This document shows, piece by piece, positions 42,689 through 53,110 of a stretch of DNA of 64,000 nt (position 1 is the first letter of the stretch; the number at the start of each line of letters is the position of its first letter). The stretch is from positions 192,001 through 256,000 of the forward strand of contig CBDCCZ010000018.1 in the NCBI GenBank assembly GCA_965215005.1. Direction: 5' to 3'. Both the position numbers and the translations under genes were made by a program. The DNA comes from Kofleriaceae bacterium. GTDB lineage: Bacteria > Myxococcota_A > Polyangia > Haliangiales > Haliangiaceae. The notes under the pieces are model-generated. The model was not told the DNA's origin. It worked only from the letters and a program-made list of their open reading frames with translations, and searched no databases.

Positions 42689-43549
42689 ATGTCGCACCGC
42701 CACCCGTTTCCCGCCGCCAGCGCCTCCAATCAGAACCACGGGGAGCCGCGGCAAGGACGCCGGGCGGGCGACTGGTTGGCTACCTGCCGCGCCCTGGCCA
42801 GCGGCGGAGATCCGGTGGCGCGCCTGCGAGCGCGCGGCGCGGAGCACGGCGCGGGCGACCTCGCCAGTGCCATCGCCCGGCTGCTGCCCGAGATTGAAAT
42901 TCGCGAGGAAACGCTGCGCGGGCCGCATCAGGGCCGCATCACCTTCTTCATCGCCGGGCCGATCATCAGCCTGGCGCCGGGACTCGAGGCGCATCAGCGC
43001 GAGCGCGTGCTCGCCCGCGCGCTGCGACACATCGCTCGCGCGGCGGCGGTCGAGCTTGCCGGCATCGACACCGGCGAGACCACGGTGTGCCTTTGGCCCG
43101 AGCGTGGCCAACGGTTCTTAGACGATGCCCTTCCCGCCGGCAAGAGCCCCAACGCACGGCTGGCGCAGAGCCTGTGGCGACGCGTGGTGCTCGATTTCGA
43201 CGAGCCGAGCCTGGGCTCGGAGATCACCATGAGTCTTGACGATCTCACCGACAACGAAGCCACCTGGGCCGGGCACGCTGCGCTGCGCGACGCAACCACC
43301 GTGGAAGCGGTGTGTGCGGAGGCGCTCGAGCGCGTGGTTTGGTGCAAGTGGCTGCGCTGGAAGGAGCATCGCACCGAGCTGTTTGCGCGACTCGAGGGCA
43401 TGACGCTGCTCTCGTGGTCCGAGCTGCCGGCGCACCTGCAACGCTGGCTCGAGGTCGGTGCGGAGTTTCGTGGAGTCGCGACCGAGGAATTGTTTGCGGC
43501 GTTTGCGGCGGCGAGCTGCGAAGCAGCGCCACGCCCTTTCAATCAGTAG
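42689..43549 (+). CDS. Hypothetical protein
   Basis: Long ORF with plausible composition; start uncertain (42572-42689). Confidence 0.55.
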   Translation: MSHRHPFPAASASNQNHGEPRQGRRAGDWLATCRALASGGDPVARLRARGAEHGAGDLASAIARLLPEIEIREETLRGPHQGRITFFIAGPIISLAPGLEAHQRERVLARALRHIARAAAVELAGIDTGETTVCLWPERGQRFLDDALPAGKSPNARLAQSLWRRVVLDFDEPSLGSEITMSLDDLTDNEATWAGHAALRDATTVEAVCAEALERVVWCKWLRWKEHRTELFARLEGMTLLSWSELPAHLQRWLEVGAEFRGVATEELFAAFAAASCEAAPRPFNQ

Positions 43550-43573
43550 AGCGGCGAGCGTCACGCGACGCGG

Positions 43574-45310
43574 TTACATCGACATGGAGCCTTTGCGAAA
43601 CTCGCTGGCGCCGATGTGCACGTTGATGACCACCGGCTTGCCGCCGGCAGCGAGCTCCTTGGCTCGATCGATGGTTTCGTCGATCTTGCTCGGGTCATCG
43701 AGCAGCAGACCCACGCCGCCGTAGCCTTCGGCCACCGTTTGATAGGGGCAGCGCTCGAGCACCGTGCCAACGTCGTCGCCGAGGATCTCCACTTGCTCGC
43801 GGGCGATCTGCGCCCACGCGCCGTCACTGCCAATCACGGCAATTGGCGTAAGACCGTGACGAACGCAGGTGTCGAACTCGGCGAGGCTGTAGGCGCACGA
43901 GCCATCTCCATAGATGAGCCACAGCTCGGCGGCGGGACGGACCGTCGCGGCGCCCACCGCGAACCCGCCACCCACGCCCAAGGTGCCAAACACGCCGGGA
44001 TCGAGCCAAGAAAGCGGCGAGCGCGGCTTGAGGATGTAAGCGGCAGTTGCCACGAAGTCGCCACCGTCGACGATGAGCACCGCGTCGTCTGCCATCTTCT
44101 CCTCGAGACGCAGAAAGAACGCCAGCGGGTTGACGAGCTCACCCGGCTCACGAGATTGCCGCTCGATTTCCGCGTCGCGCTCGCGCTCGCGCTCGCTTAG
44201 GAGCTCGCGCCAGGTGGGCCAAGGCCCAAACGAGCCGGCGGCGGCAAGCTCCTCGAGAAGCGCTCCCGGGTGCATCTGCAGAGCGATGTCGGGACGGCGG
44301 TTCTTGCGCAGGTCGGTCGCGTCGAGATTGGCGGCAATGAGCGTTGCTCTGCTGCTGATGCTGCGGCCATAGCCGAGGCGAAAGTCGAACGGAAAACCGG
44401 CCACGACCACCACATCGGCTTCCTTGAGCGCTTTAGAGCGCTTGTGGCGAAACTGAATGGCCGAGTCGCGCCCCAGCAAGCCGCGGGCGGTGCCACCGAG
44501 AAACGTCGGAATGCCGAGCTTCTCCACGGCACGCGCCAGCGGCCGAGCGTCGCGAACGTTGACCAGCGCCTGGCTGCCGATGACCAAGGCCGGCTTCTCG
44601 GCGTGGGCAAGTCGATCGACCACGTCATCGAGGCTGGCGCTCGAGCTCAGGCGCGGCAGCTTGACCTGCGGCAGCGGCAGGCTCAGGTGCGGCGCGTGGA
44701 ACTGCTTGAACAAGTGGCCCCGCAGATACAGCTGCAGCGCTTTGGCACCCATTCCCACCGGGTCCTCCACCCCGCTCTCCTTCATATACCAGTCGCGAAC
44801 GACCTCCTCGGGGTATAGGAGATCGACAGGCACCTCGATGAATACCGGCCCCGGAACGCCTTCCACGGCGATATCGAACGCTTTCTCCACCGTCGGCCCC
44901 AATGCCGCAAGATGTTTCACCGTCGTGCACCACTTGGTGATCGGCGCCATCAGCGAGAGCTGATCGATGTCCTGCAGGGAGCCGCGCCCCTTGAGAATGG
45001 TGGCCGTCGCACCCCCAAAGATGAGCACCGGCGACTGCGCCATCTGCGCGTTCTTCACCGCCGTCACCGTGTTGGTCACCCCGGGCCCCGCGGTCACCGC
45101 AGCCACGCCCGCAACGCCGGTCATCCGCGCCACTGCATCGGCCGCAAACACCGCGTTCTTCTCATCGCGCATATCCACGACGCGGATCCCGCGCGCCTTC
45201 GCCCCCACCAATATCGGCGAGATATGCCCACCGCACAGCGTAAACAGCGATTGCACTCCACGCCGAGCCAGAACCTCAGCGATGATCGAGCCCCCATCAG
45301 ACTGCGCCAT
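43574..45310 (-). CDS. Thiamine pyrophosphate enzyme (acetolactate synthase-like / 2-hydroxyacyl-CoA lyase type)
   Basis: [35 protein letters not shown] and GDGS motifs. Confidence 0.9.
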   Translation of the reverse strand: MAQSDGGSIIAEVLARRGVQSLFTLCGGHISPILVGAKARGIRVVDMRDEKNAVFAADAVARMTGVAGVAAVTAGPGVTNTVTAVKNAQMAQSPVLIFGGATATILKGRGSLQDIDQLSLMAPITKWCTTVKHLAALGPTVEKAFDIAVEGVPGPVFIEVPVDLLYPEEVVRDWYMKESGVEDPVGMGAKALQLYLRGHLFKQFHAPHLSLPLPQVKLPRLSSSASLDDVVDRLAHAEKPALVIGSQALVNVRDARPLARAVEKLGIPTFLGGTARGLLGRDSAIQFRHKRSKALKEADVVVVAGFPFDFRLGYGRSISSRATLIAANLDATDLRKNRRPDIALQMHPGALLEELAAAGSFGPWPTWRELLSERERERDAEIERQSREPGELVNPLAFFLRLEEKMADDAVLIVDGGDFVATAAYILKPRSPLSWLDPGVFGTLGVGGGFAVGAATVRPAAELWLIYGDGSCAYSLAEFDTCVRHGLTPIAVIGSDGAWAQIAREQVEILGDDVGTVLERCPYQTVAEGYGGVGLLLDDPSKIDETIDRAKELAAGGKPVVINVHIGASEFRKGSMSM

Positions 45311-45352
45311 GCCGCGACCATCGCACACCCGCGCCCGCCGACAAAGCGCGGC

Positions 45353-45547
45353 TCACCGCCGAGACTGACTCAACCTACTCTTCGAGCAGCGCGCGCGTTC
45401 ACCCACGGCTATGGCCTCCTCGACGAGCGCAGCGTCCACCAGCGGATCGCGTTCTACGAGCTCCTCCGCCAGCTTCGCTTGGCGCGCGGCAAGGTCTTGA
45501 TACACGACCAGCCGCAGGCGTTCGTGAGCGATATGGCGCGTCTCCAT
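45353..45547 (-). CDS. Possible small hypothetical protein
   Basis: 64-aa ORF co-oriented between two minus-strand genes. Confidence 0.3.
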   Translation of the reverse strand: METRHIAHERLRLVVYQDLAARQAKLAEELVERDPLVDAALVEEAIAVGERARCSKSRLSQSRR

Positions 45548-45576
45548 CAGCTGCTCGAAGCGTATGTCAGGAACTT

Positions 45577-46275
45577 CTAACGCGCGTTTAGGAGGTTGTT
45601 TGCGGCGGCGACGGCGTCGGGTGGGATCTCATGGCCGCCGGTGAACGGCACCCAATCGACGCCGAGACCCGCGCCACGGAGTCGATCGCGCAGCAATTCG
45701 GCGGCGCTGAAGGAGAGCAGCGGGTCCTGTCGACCGTGGCTCTGCACGACGGCTAAGCCAGCGCGCGCGGCCATGCGGGGCACCCACGTCGACTGCGATA
45801 TCAGCGCGCCGCTCCACAGGATGAGCCCGGAAAGCCGTCGCTCCGTGTGGAGCGCAACGTCACAGGCAAGGACGGCGCCCTGCGAGAATCCGCCTAGAAA
45901 CAGGCGCTCGGGCGCATTGAGCGCGTCGAGAAGCTTGCAGACGCTCAAGCGCGCGCTCTCGAGCCCTTCAGGATGTTCATCCTGCAAATCGCGCGGCGTG
46001 CCGGTCATGAGCGCGCGCTCGAGCATCGCCTGCTCAATCCTCCACCAGGCCCGCGCTGACGCCGGAGCGAAGGGGATAGAAATGGCCATTGGCGCTTCTG
46101 GGAAGGCGAATCGGGTTCCCTCTGGCCCCCGAAGCACCTGCGCCAGCGAAACCAAATCGTCGCCGGGCGCGCCAAAGCCGTGCAATAGAACCACGAGCGG
46201 TCCATTGCCGCCGCCTTGGCCGTCATCACCGCCGAGCAGCCGCACACGCAGGTCGGCAATCACTGTCTCTTGCAT
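45577..46275 (-). CDS. Phospholipase/carboxylesterase
   Basis: LHGFGA, GFSQG, HGRQDP and GGHEI motifs. Confidence 0.9.
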   Translation of the reverse strand: MQETVIADLRVRLLGGDDGQGGGNGPLVVLLHGFGAPGDDLVSLAQVLRGPEGTRFAFPEAPMAISIPFAPASARAWWRIEQAMLERALMTGTPRDLQDEHPEGLESARLSVCKLLDALNAPERLFLGGFSQGAVLACDVALHTERRLSGLILWSGALISQSTWVPRMAARAGLAVVQSHGRQDPLLSFSAAELLRDRLRGAGLGVDWVPFTGGHEIPPDAVAAANNLLNAR

Positions 46276-46432
46276 CGCTAGCTCTTCCTCCTGTGCCGGC
46301 TCGAGTGTCCTGTCGACGTCGAGCCCCAGGGGATCTTATCAGCTTCGCCCTCTGCACCACCCCTTCGCACCCCACCCCGCTAGCGACGAGCCGGAGAGCC
46401 GCTGGCACGAGCGGCTACGTTAGAATGCAGCG

Positions 46433-47770
46433 ATGAGCGCGAGCGAGTCAGGTATTTGGGTAACACGTGACGGAGGGCAGCCGCGTGTCGTCCTGCGCGC
46501 TGTGCGCATCGAAATCGTCAATGGACCGGGCTCGGGCACCTCGATGACGTTTCAGCAGCCACGCATTCGAGTGGGCGCGCTGCCGGAGAATGACATCGTG
46601 CTCGAGGATCCTCGCGCCTCCGGCGTGCACTTCGAAGTGATGCTCACCGAGACCGGGCTGCGCGTGCGCGATCTCAACTCGACCAATGGCACCGTGGTCG
46701 AAGGGGTTCGTATCGTCGATGGCTACGTTCAGCCGCTACAGCGGATCACCGCCGGACGAACGCAGCTGATGATCGTGCCGACCGGCGCAAGCCACGAGCT
46801 GCCACTCGCCACAGGCGCTGAGTTCGCCGACATCGTCGGTAGCAGCATCGCGATGCAGCGCGTGTTCGGAATGCTCGGCCCGGTGGCGCCAACCGATGCG
46901 ACGGTGCTGCTAACCGGCGAGACGGGCACTGGCAAAGAGGTCGTCGCAGAAGCGATCCACGGCGCCTCGCCGCGAGCCAATGGACCGTTTGTGGTCGTCG
47001 ATTGCGGCGCCATCCCCGCGACGCTGTTCGAAAACGAGCTCTTCGGCCACAAACGCGGCGCGTTCACTGGCGCCGACAGCGACGCTCCTGGGGCTTTCGA
47101 GCGCGCTCACGGTGGCACTCTCATGCTCGACGAAATCGGCGAGCTGCCACTCGACCTTCAGCCCAAGCTGCTTCGCGTCGTGCAGTCGCGGACGGTGCAG
47201 CGCGTCGGCGGGAGCAAGCGCGTGCCGTGTGACGTGCGCATCATCGCCGCGACCAACCGCGATCTACTGCGCGAAATCAATGGCGGCGGGTTTCGCGCCG
47301 ATCTCTACTATCGGCTCGCGGTCGCCCACATCGAGCTGCCACCGCTGCGTGAGCGCGATGGCGACATCGCGCTGCTCGCCCACTACTTTGCCAACGCCAT
47401 CACCGAGGATCCTGGGAGACAACTTCCAGCGGAGCTGATCGAGCAGTTCGAGCGGTACTCGTGGCCCGGCAATATTCGCGAGCTTCGCAACGCGGTCGAG
47501 CGCGCTCTCCTGCTTCCGCACCTGCCCCCTAAGCTCGGCCACGGCGTCTCGGCCGCGCCCGACGGCCCCGGATTTTGGGTTCCGGTCGACACCGCTATCG
47601 GATTCAAAGAAGCGAAACAACAACTCATCGATGAGTTCGACCGGCAGTACGTCACGCAGCTGCTTGATGAGAATCAGCGGAACGTTGCCCGTGCCGCGCG
47701 TGCCGCCGGAATCGACCGCGCGTCATTGCACAAGATCATGGCCCGCGTTGGCATCCAGCGGCCCCAATGA
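46433..47770 (+). CDS. FHA-domain sigma54-dependent enhancer-binding protein
   Basis: FHA ([12 protein letters not shown]), [29 protein letters not shown]-terminal Fis-type HTH. Confidence 0.93.
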   Translation: MSASESGIWVTRDGGQPRVVLRAVRIEIVNGPGSGTSMTFQQPRIRVGALPENDIVLEDPRASGVHFEVMLTETGLRVRDLNSTNGTVVEGVRIVDGYVQPLQRITAGRTQLMIVPTGASHELPLATGAEFADIVGSSIAMQRVFGMLGPVAPTDATVLLTGETGTGKEVVAEAIHGASPRANGPFVVVDCGAIPATLFENELFGHKRGAFTGADSDAPGAFERAHGGTLMLDEIGELPLDLQPKLLRVVQSRTVQRVGGSKRVPCDVRIIAATNRDLLREINGGGFRADLYYRLAVAHIELPPLRERDGDIALLAHYFANAITEDPGRQLPAELIEQFERYSWPGNIRELRNAVERALLLPHLPPKLGHGVSAAPDGPGFWVPVDTAIGFKEAKQQLIDEFDRQYVTQLLDENQRNVARAARAAGIDRASLHKIMARVGIQRPQ

Positions 47771-48679
47771 TCCTGCTGCATCCAGCTCCTGCGCCGGCGG
47801 CTGAACCTCAACCACGGTTCCCACAGGGGGAAGCTCAGTCGTCGCCGCGTTGCCAATCTGCGCTTGCACGAAGATCAGCTGCGAAGCGGAATCGACCACC
47901 GCGGCCACCGAGGTGATCGAAGCCTGCCAAGACGTCGCGCCAAGATGGGCCGTTACCGGGGCGCCAACGACAAACGCGGGCGCCCGCTCTGGCCGCACGG
48001 CGAAGCGCAAATCGCGCTCCTGGGACATCAGCTCGACGATGGGCTGCTCGGCCGCAACGGTTGCGCCAGCATCGAAGCGCCGTGCCGCGACATGTCCGGC
48101 CAACGGCGCGCGTAAGGTTGCGCGCTCACGCAGCTGCGCGAGCTGATCGCGAACCGTGCGGTGACGCTCGATTCCCGCGAGGCTTCGCTCGAGCTCCGCC
48201 TGCCCTTGCGCCCGCGCCGACCGCGCATCGCGCAGCTGATTGCTCGCCGCCGCCTGCGCGCGCACCAGCTTCTCGACCGCCCTCACCTCTTGACGTGCCG
48301 TGCGCAACGCGACCCGAGCTTGGGCGGCAATTGCTTGCGCCTCACGCAATGCGCTATCGGCCGCTTCGAGCTCAGCATCGAGCTCTTCGGTCTGCAGGGT
48401 CGCCAATACCGCTCCCTCGGCGACGAAATCACCGACCTCGACGCGCATTTCTTCGACCCGTGCTGGCACCGGCAACGAGACGGCTACCTGGCGTCGCGCC
48501 ACGATGACGCCGATGAATCGCTCCACGCCCCTGCGCGCCGTCGTGGCCACAGGTCGCATCTGCCGCGTCGTAGGTGCCTCGAGCGGAGTGGCCTCACACC
48601 CGGCGATCATCGCGCAGCCGAGCAGTATCGGCAGGTGCCGCGCCACGCCATACCACGGTGAGTCGATGATCCTCTTCAT
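47723..48679 (-). CDS. Efflux periplasmic adaptor (HlyD/MFP) lipoprotein
   Basis: IAGC lipobox, lipoyl half-motifs ([19 protein letters not shown]), coiled coil. Confidence 0.85.
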   Translation of the reverse strand: MKRIIDSPWYGVARHLPILLGCAMIAGCEATPLEAPTTRQMRPVATTARRGVERFIGVIVARRQVAVSLPVPARVEEMRVEVGDFVAEGAVLATLQTEELDAELEAADSALREAQAIAAQARVALRTARQEVRAVEKLVRAQAAASNQLRDARSARAQGQAELERSLAGIERHRTVRDQLAQLRERATLRAPLAGHVAARRFDAGATVAAEQPIVELMSQERDLRFAVRPERAPAFVVGAPVTAHLGATSWQASITSVAAVVDSASQLIFVQAQIGNAATTELPPVGTVVEVQPPAQELDAAGSLGPLDANAGHDLVQ

Positions 48680-50939
48680 TGGCTTCCTTCCAGTCATGCT
48701 CGGGCGCCGTCGGACGAGACCGTCCAGGAGGTGCAGGGTTTTTGCGAGAAGCGCCGAGCTGCGCGCGCACGAGTCGGGCGTAGCGTCCTCCCGCGGCCAG
48801 CAGCTCATCGTGGGTGCCTCGCTCGACGATGCGACCGCGATGCACCACCACGATGAGGTCCGCATCGACCACCGTGCTGAGGCGGTGGGCGATCTGGATG
48901 CGGGTCATGCGGAGCCGCTTGAGCTGACGCACCACGCGCGCCTCCGTCTCCGCATCGAGCGCGCTCGTGGCTTCGTCGAGCAGCAGCGCCACGGGGCGAG
49001 CGAGCAGTGCCCGCGCCAGCGCCAGTCGTTGCCGCTGACCGCCCGATAGCGACTGCCCGCGATCAGCGAGCGGAGTCTCGTAGCCCATCGGCAACTTGGC
49101 GATGTCATCGTGAATGCAGGCGGCCTTGGCCGCCGCAACGACGCGATCGAGGTCCGCATTCGGATCGGCCAGCGCGATGTTGTCGCGAATCGAGGTATCG
49201 AAGAAGTAGGGGTCTTGCGGCACCGTCCCCAGCTGCGCCCGAACCGCACGAAGATCGAGGCGTTCGAGCGGGTGCTCATCGAGCAAGATGCGTCCCGCGG
49301 TTGGCGCGTACAAGCCGAGTAGCAGCGCCGCAAGGGTTGATTTGCCCGATCCAGACTCACCGACGATGGCGACGTTGGTGCCCGCGGGAATCTGCAGCGA
49401 CGTGTCGCGGATGACGTCGGGACCGGCATCGCGATAGCGAAATGAAACCTGGTCGAGCTCGATTGCCCCCGTGAGCCGCGTGATCTTTCCCGGCTCCGAC
49501 TGTTCGGGCTCCACATCGAGAACGTCCTTGAGTCGGTCGAGGTGACCTCGTACCTGTTGCAGGGACAGCGCGCTCGCCACCAAGTTTCCAAGTGGCTCGA
49601 GGAACGAGCCGGCGAGCGCGTTGACCGCCAGCATGGTGCCAAGCGACAGCTCGCCGTGGACCACGCGCACCGCGCCGACGCTGAGGATTGCCAGCGGCGC
49701 GGCCGTGCGGAGGGCGCCGAGCAGCGCATCTACCGTGGCGCGCGACCGGCTCATGTCCAACCCGGCGTTGAGCATGTCAGCCAAATCATGGCTCCAACGC
49801 TCCACCGCCCGCTGCTCGGCTCCTGCTAGCTTCAGGGTGCCGATTGCCGACAGCGCTTGCACCAAGTACGACTGCGAGCGTGCGTTGGCATCGACCACAC
49901 TCGCCTCGAGATCCTCAAAGCGGCGCCGCGTCACGAGAAGGATCACGAGCTGCAGGATTCCAAATCCCGCCACCAGCGCGGCCACGATGGCGTCTGCAAT
50001 CAAGATGATGATCAGATAGAAGACGACGAGCCCGCCGTCGATGAGCGCCGACAACGTCTGCGACGTGAGTAGCTCGCGGATGGTTTGATTGCTGGCGATG
50101 CGCGACAGCAAATCTCCGGTCGAGCGGCGCTGAAAAAAACTATACGGCAAGCTCACCAGATGGCCGACGAAGCCGAGCGTCATCCGGGTATCCAAGTCGG
50201 TGCGCATTTGCAGCAGCAGATGCGCGCGGACCAGCGACGAGAGCATCTTGAACACGACCAGCGTTGCGAGGCCGAGGCCGATCAGGGTGAGCATGTCGAG
50301 ATCGCCCTGGGGAACCACGCGGTCGACGATCAAGCCGGTGAGCAGCGGGACGGCGAGCGCGAACACCTGCAGCAGTGCTGACATCGCAAGGATTCGCCCG
50401 AGTCGCGCGTTCATCTGTCGCAAGAACGCGCGCACCAGGCCGCCGCTCGGCAGCCGGCGCACGAAGGTGTCACCCGGCGCTAGCTCCAGAGCGATTCCGG
50501 TGAATGAACGCGACACCGCCTCGCGGCTCAGCGCGCGCCGCCCGCGCGCCGGATCCACGACGTGCACAAGGCCCCGAGCCACCCGCTCGAGCACCACGAA
50601 GTGATTGAATTCCCAGTGCAGGATGGTGCCCGCCGGCGCATGTTCGAGCTCGTCGAGCTCGAGCGACACGCCGCGTCCGCGCAAGCCGAATCGCTCACCG
50701 GCGGCAACGATGCCGCTGGCGCTGGTGCCCGCGTCGCTGGTCCCCGCCGCAACCCGCACCTCCCCCAGCGGTACGTGGCAGCCGTGATGCGCCAGCACCA
50801 TTGCCAGACACGCGGCGCCGCAGTCGGCAGCCTCCATCTGCCGCACAATCGGAATCCGCCGCCGGCGCGGCACGAGCTTGGTGAGAGCGGGAAATCGCTT
50901 CGTATCGACAGGCGCCAAGGCAGGCGGCGAATTGGCCAT
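48594..50939 (-). CDS. Peptidase-containing ABC transporter (C39 PCAT), double-glycine peptide exporter
   Basis: QMEAADCGAAC, HWEFNHFVV, ABC membrane domain, GESGSGKST, LSGGQRQR, LDEATSALD. Confidence 0.95.
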   Translation of the reverse strand: MANSPPALAPVDTKRFPALTKLVPRRRRIPIVRQMEAADCGAACLAMVLAHHGCHVPLGEVRVAAGTSDAGTSASGIVAAGERFGLRGRGVSLELDELEHAPAGTILHWEFNHFVVLERVARGLVHVVDPARGRRALSREAVSRSFTGIALELAPGDTFVRRLPSGGLVRAFLRQMNARLGRILAMSALLQVFALAVPLLTGLIVDRVVPQGDLDMLTLIGLGLATLVVFKMLSSLVRAHLLLQMRTDLDTRMTLGFVGHLVSLPYSFFQRRSTGDLLSRIASNQTIRELLTSQTLSALIDGGLVVFYLIIILIADAIVAALVAGFGILQLVILLVTRRRFEDLEASVVDANARSQSYLVQALSAIGTLKLAGAEQRAVERWSHDLADMLNAGLDMSRSRATVDALLGALRTAAPLAILSVGAVRVVHGELSLGTMLAVNALAGSFLEPLGNLVASALSLQQVRGHLDRLKDVLDVEPEQSEPGKITRLTGAIELDQVSFRYRDAGPDVIRDTSLQIPAGTNVAIVGESGSGKSTLAALLLGLYAPTAGRILLDEHPLERLDLRAVRAQLGTVPQDPYFFDTSIRDNIALADPNADLDRVVAAAKAACIHDDIAKLPMGYETPLADRGQSLSGGQRQRLALARALLARPVALLLDEATSALDAETEARVVRQLKRLRMTRIQIAHRLSTVVDADLIVVVHRGRIVERGTHDELLAAGGRYARLVRAQLGASRKNPAPPGRSRPTAPEHDWKEANEEDHRLTVVWRGAAPADTARLRDDRRV

Positions 50940-52940
50940 CTAGAAGATCCTCTCGAGTCCTGGGAACAAGCTAATGAGGAGCGACTCCGACCGAACCTCG
51001 ATGTCGACGGTGGCTGCCATCCCGTGATGAAAACGATGGGTGACGCCGTCGATCACGAATCCTTCGCTCGGCAACGCCACCCGCACGAACACCACCGCGG
51101 TGGTGATCGGAACGGCGTCGCCGAGCAGGCTGCCGAGACGACGAGCAGCCGCCCCCGGACCAAGCGCCTCATCGCCAACTTCGACGATCGGCAGCTCGAG
51201 ACGAACACCGCGATGGCCAGCAAGGGAAACACGGGCGCGATCGCCAAGCTCGATGAGAGGACGACGAGCGGCGGGAATGGCCGCCAAGACGCTCATTTCG
51301 GGGTCGGCAGCGACAACGGAGAGGATGGGCGCGCCGGCGGCGACGGTAGCTCCGCTGCGCAAGAGCACTTCGCCGGCCACGCCCGAACGAGGAGCGCGAA
51401 TCGAGTGTCGCTCTACCGCGCGTTCGGCCTGCTCACGCCGTGCACTCAGCTCCACGAGTGCCTGGCCTGCAACCGCGTCTCGCGGATCCATGAGACGCTC
51501 GATGAGGCGACGGTCGAACTGATGCTGGAGCGCGGCAAGCTCGGCTCGGGCACCCTCGTCGCGCAACTGCGCGACCACCTGCCCTGCTTGCACGCGCTCG
51601 CCCGGTTCGACGACGACAGCTTCGAGAACGCCGCTTAGCTCGGCAAGCGCGTCGCTGCGCTCATCAGCGACGACGACGGCAACGCCGCTCGCATACTCGC
51701 CGACCCGACCGACGCATAGATAGACCGCCGCGGCGGCGAAGAACGCGACGATGATCCAGTAGACGATGTTGACCCACGGTGAGTGCACGCGAACAACGTG
51801 CCCGCGGTCCCGCCGGCGCCGGTGCGCGTCGATCGCCTCAGGTCGAAACACGCTGGCTTCGGAGGCGACCGGTTGCGCCTCCAGCCCCCAGGAAAGCGCA
51901 TCGAGGAGAGGCCCACAGGCGGCGGCGAAATCGGCCGCGATGGCACGTTCGCGCGCATCGAAAGGAGCGCCACGCCCGTCTCTAGCCGCGATCCACACCG
52001 CGTGGAGCTCTTCGGCGCCATGGACCGGCTGCACCAGTAGCCGCGCCTTTGGGCCGAGGCCGAGGTCGTCGACCGCCGCGCAATATTGCGGCGCATCACC
52101 GGCCCGTTCGACCGCAAGGCAAACGCCTCGCCGGAGCGCCTCGCCAGCGAGACCGAGCAGGCCCTCGACCTCGAAATCATCACCGGGCTCATCTGCCTCG
52201 TACGCCAGAGTTGCTGCCTCCGCATCGACATAGAGACAACGCGCGCGATCGGCATCGATCAGTTGGGCGAGCTCACGGGCCATGACGCCGCTGCTGTCGC
52301 GCGTGCTTGGCTGCATCGCGACACGCCGCAGCGCAGCGCCGATCTTACCGCGGCCCCGGTCGGCTGGCGGTACCGCATCCACAGCCGTGGGGCTCCATTC
52401 TGCAACCGGGTCGACGCGCACCAGCGGCGCAGTGGGCTGCTCGGCGATCGGTAGCAGCTCGAGTGGGTTTGCGCTGGGGGCCGATGGCCACGATCTCGCT
52501 GCCGCGATGGCGCCGGCACCTGCCACTTGGCCGAACGGTGGGGACGGCTGTCTCACGCTTGGGAGTCCGCTAGAATCCATCCCGCGGTCGCTTGCGGCTT
52601 CGAGCAACGCGCTGCGAAGCGCGTGCGGCGACAAACTCCGGGACAACGGCCGCGCGCGCCGGGAGGGAAGCACCCCAGCAGCGTCGATGAGCGCGAACAC
52701 CGGGCCACACTGCCGCGTGCACAACCACTCAATCAGCGCTGCAGCGTGCTCGGTGGGCGCGCCGACGACGATGGCGTTGAACCCACGCTGACCGACAGCG
52801 GCAACGGCTTGCGCGGCGGTCTCGACGCCAACGACCTCACACGGCGCGAGGCGCTCGCGTAGCCACGACCAGGTTCTTTCGTCAGCGTCGCACACCAGAA
52901 ACGAAGCGAGCGGAGCCGGTGGTCGCGCCGGACGAGCCAT
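50940..52940 (-). CDS. HlyD-family secretion adaptor with N-terminal receiver-like and GAF domains
   Basis: GAF-like region (ADRARCLYVD...LLVQPV...PFDARE), VFRPEA motif, TM, lipoyl/coiled-coil HlyD body; abuts the PCAT start. Confidence 0.85.
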   Translation of the reverse strand: MARPARPPAPLASFLVCDADERTWSWLRERLAPCEVVGVETAAQAVAAVGQRGFNAIVVGAPTEHAAALIEWLCTRQCGPVFALIDAAGVLPSRRARPLSRSLSPHALRSALLEAASDRGMDSSGLPSVRQPSPPFGQVAGAGAIAAARSWPSAPSANPLELLPIAEQPTAPLVRVDPVAEWSPTAVDAVPPADRGRGKIGAALRRVAMQPSTRDSSGVMARELAQLIDADRARCLYVDAEAATLAYEADEPGDDFEVEGLLGLAGEALRRGVCLAVERAGDAPQYCAAVDDLGLGPKARLLVQPVHGAEELHAVWIAARDGRGAPFDARERAIAADFAAACGPLLDALSWGLEAQPVASEASVFRPEAIDAHRRRRDRGHVVRVHSPWVNIVYWIIVAFFAAAAVYLCVGRVGEYASGVAVVVADERSDALAELSGVLEAVVVEPGERVQAGQVVAQLRDEGARAELAALQHQFDRRLIERLMDPRDAVAGQALVELSARREQAERAVERHSIRAPRSGVAGEVLLRSGATVAAGAPILSVVAADPEMSVLAAIPAARRPLIELGDRARVSLAGHRGVRLELPIVEVGDEALGPGAAARRLGSLLGDAVPITTAVVFVRVALPSEGFVIDGVTHRFHHGMAATVDIEVRSESLLISLFPGLERIF

Positions 52941-52952
52941 GCAGCGGCCCTT

Positions 52953-52968
52953 TGCACCGGTCGTGCCT
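52953..52968 (-). promoter_or_regulatory. Sigma54 -24/-12 promoter of the export operon
   Basis: AGGCACGACCGGTGCA; nearly identical to the precursor promoter at 57565. Confidence 0.75.
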
Positions 52969-53020
52969 CGCTAGATGTCGTGTGATTTCGCTCGCCAAGC
53001 GCGAAACGTGACTGCGCGGC

Positions 53021-53056
53021 GTTGCCGGCTCGCAACGACTGTAGGCGCGCGGCGAC
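53021..53056. promoter_or_regulatory. Tandem enhancer (UAS)-like boxes
   Basis: GTTGC-N6-GCAAC, 4 nt, GTAGG-N6-GCGAC. Confidence 0.6.
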
Positions 53057-53110
53057 GCCCACTGCGCGCGCCAACGACGAGCGGTATAGTCTTTGCTCAT
53101 TGCGGTCGCG

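Noticed and set aside
46403..46418. TGGCACGAG upstream of the FHA activator as a sigma54 promoter
   Set aside because: No GC at the -12 position; TAGAAT at 46421 explains the promoter better
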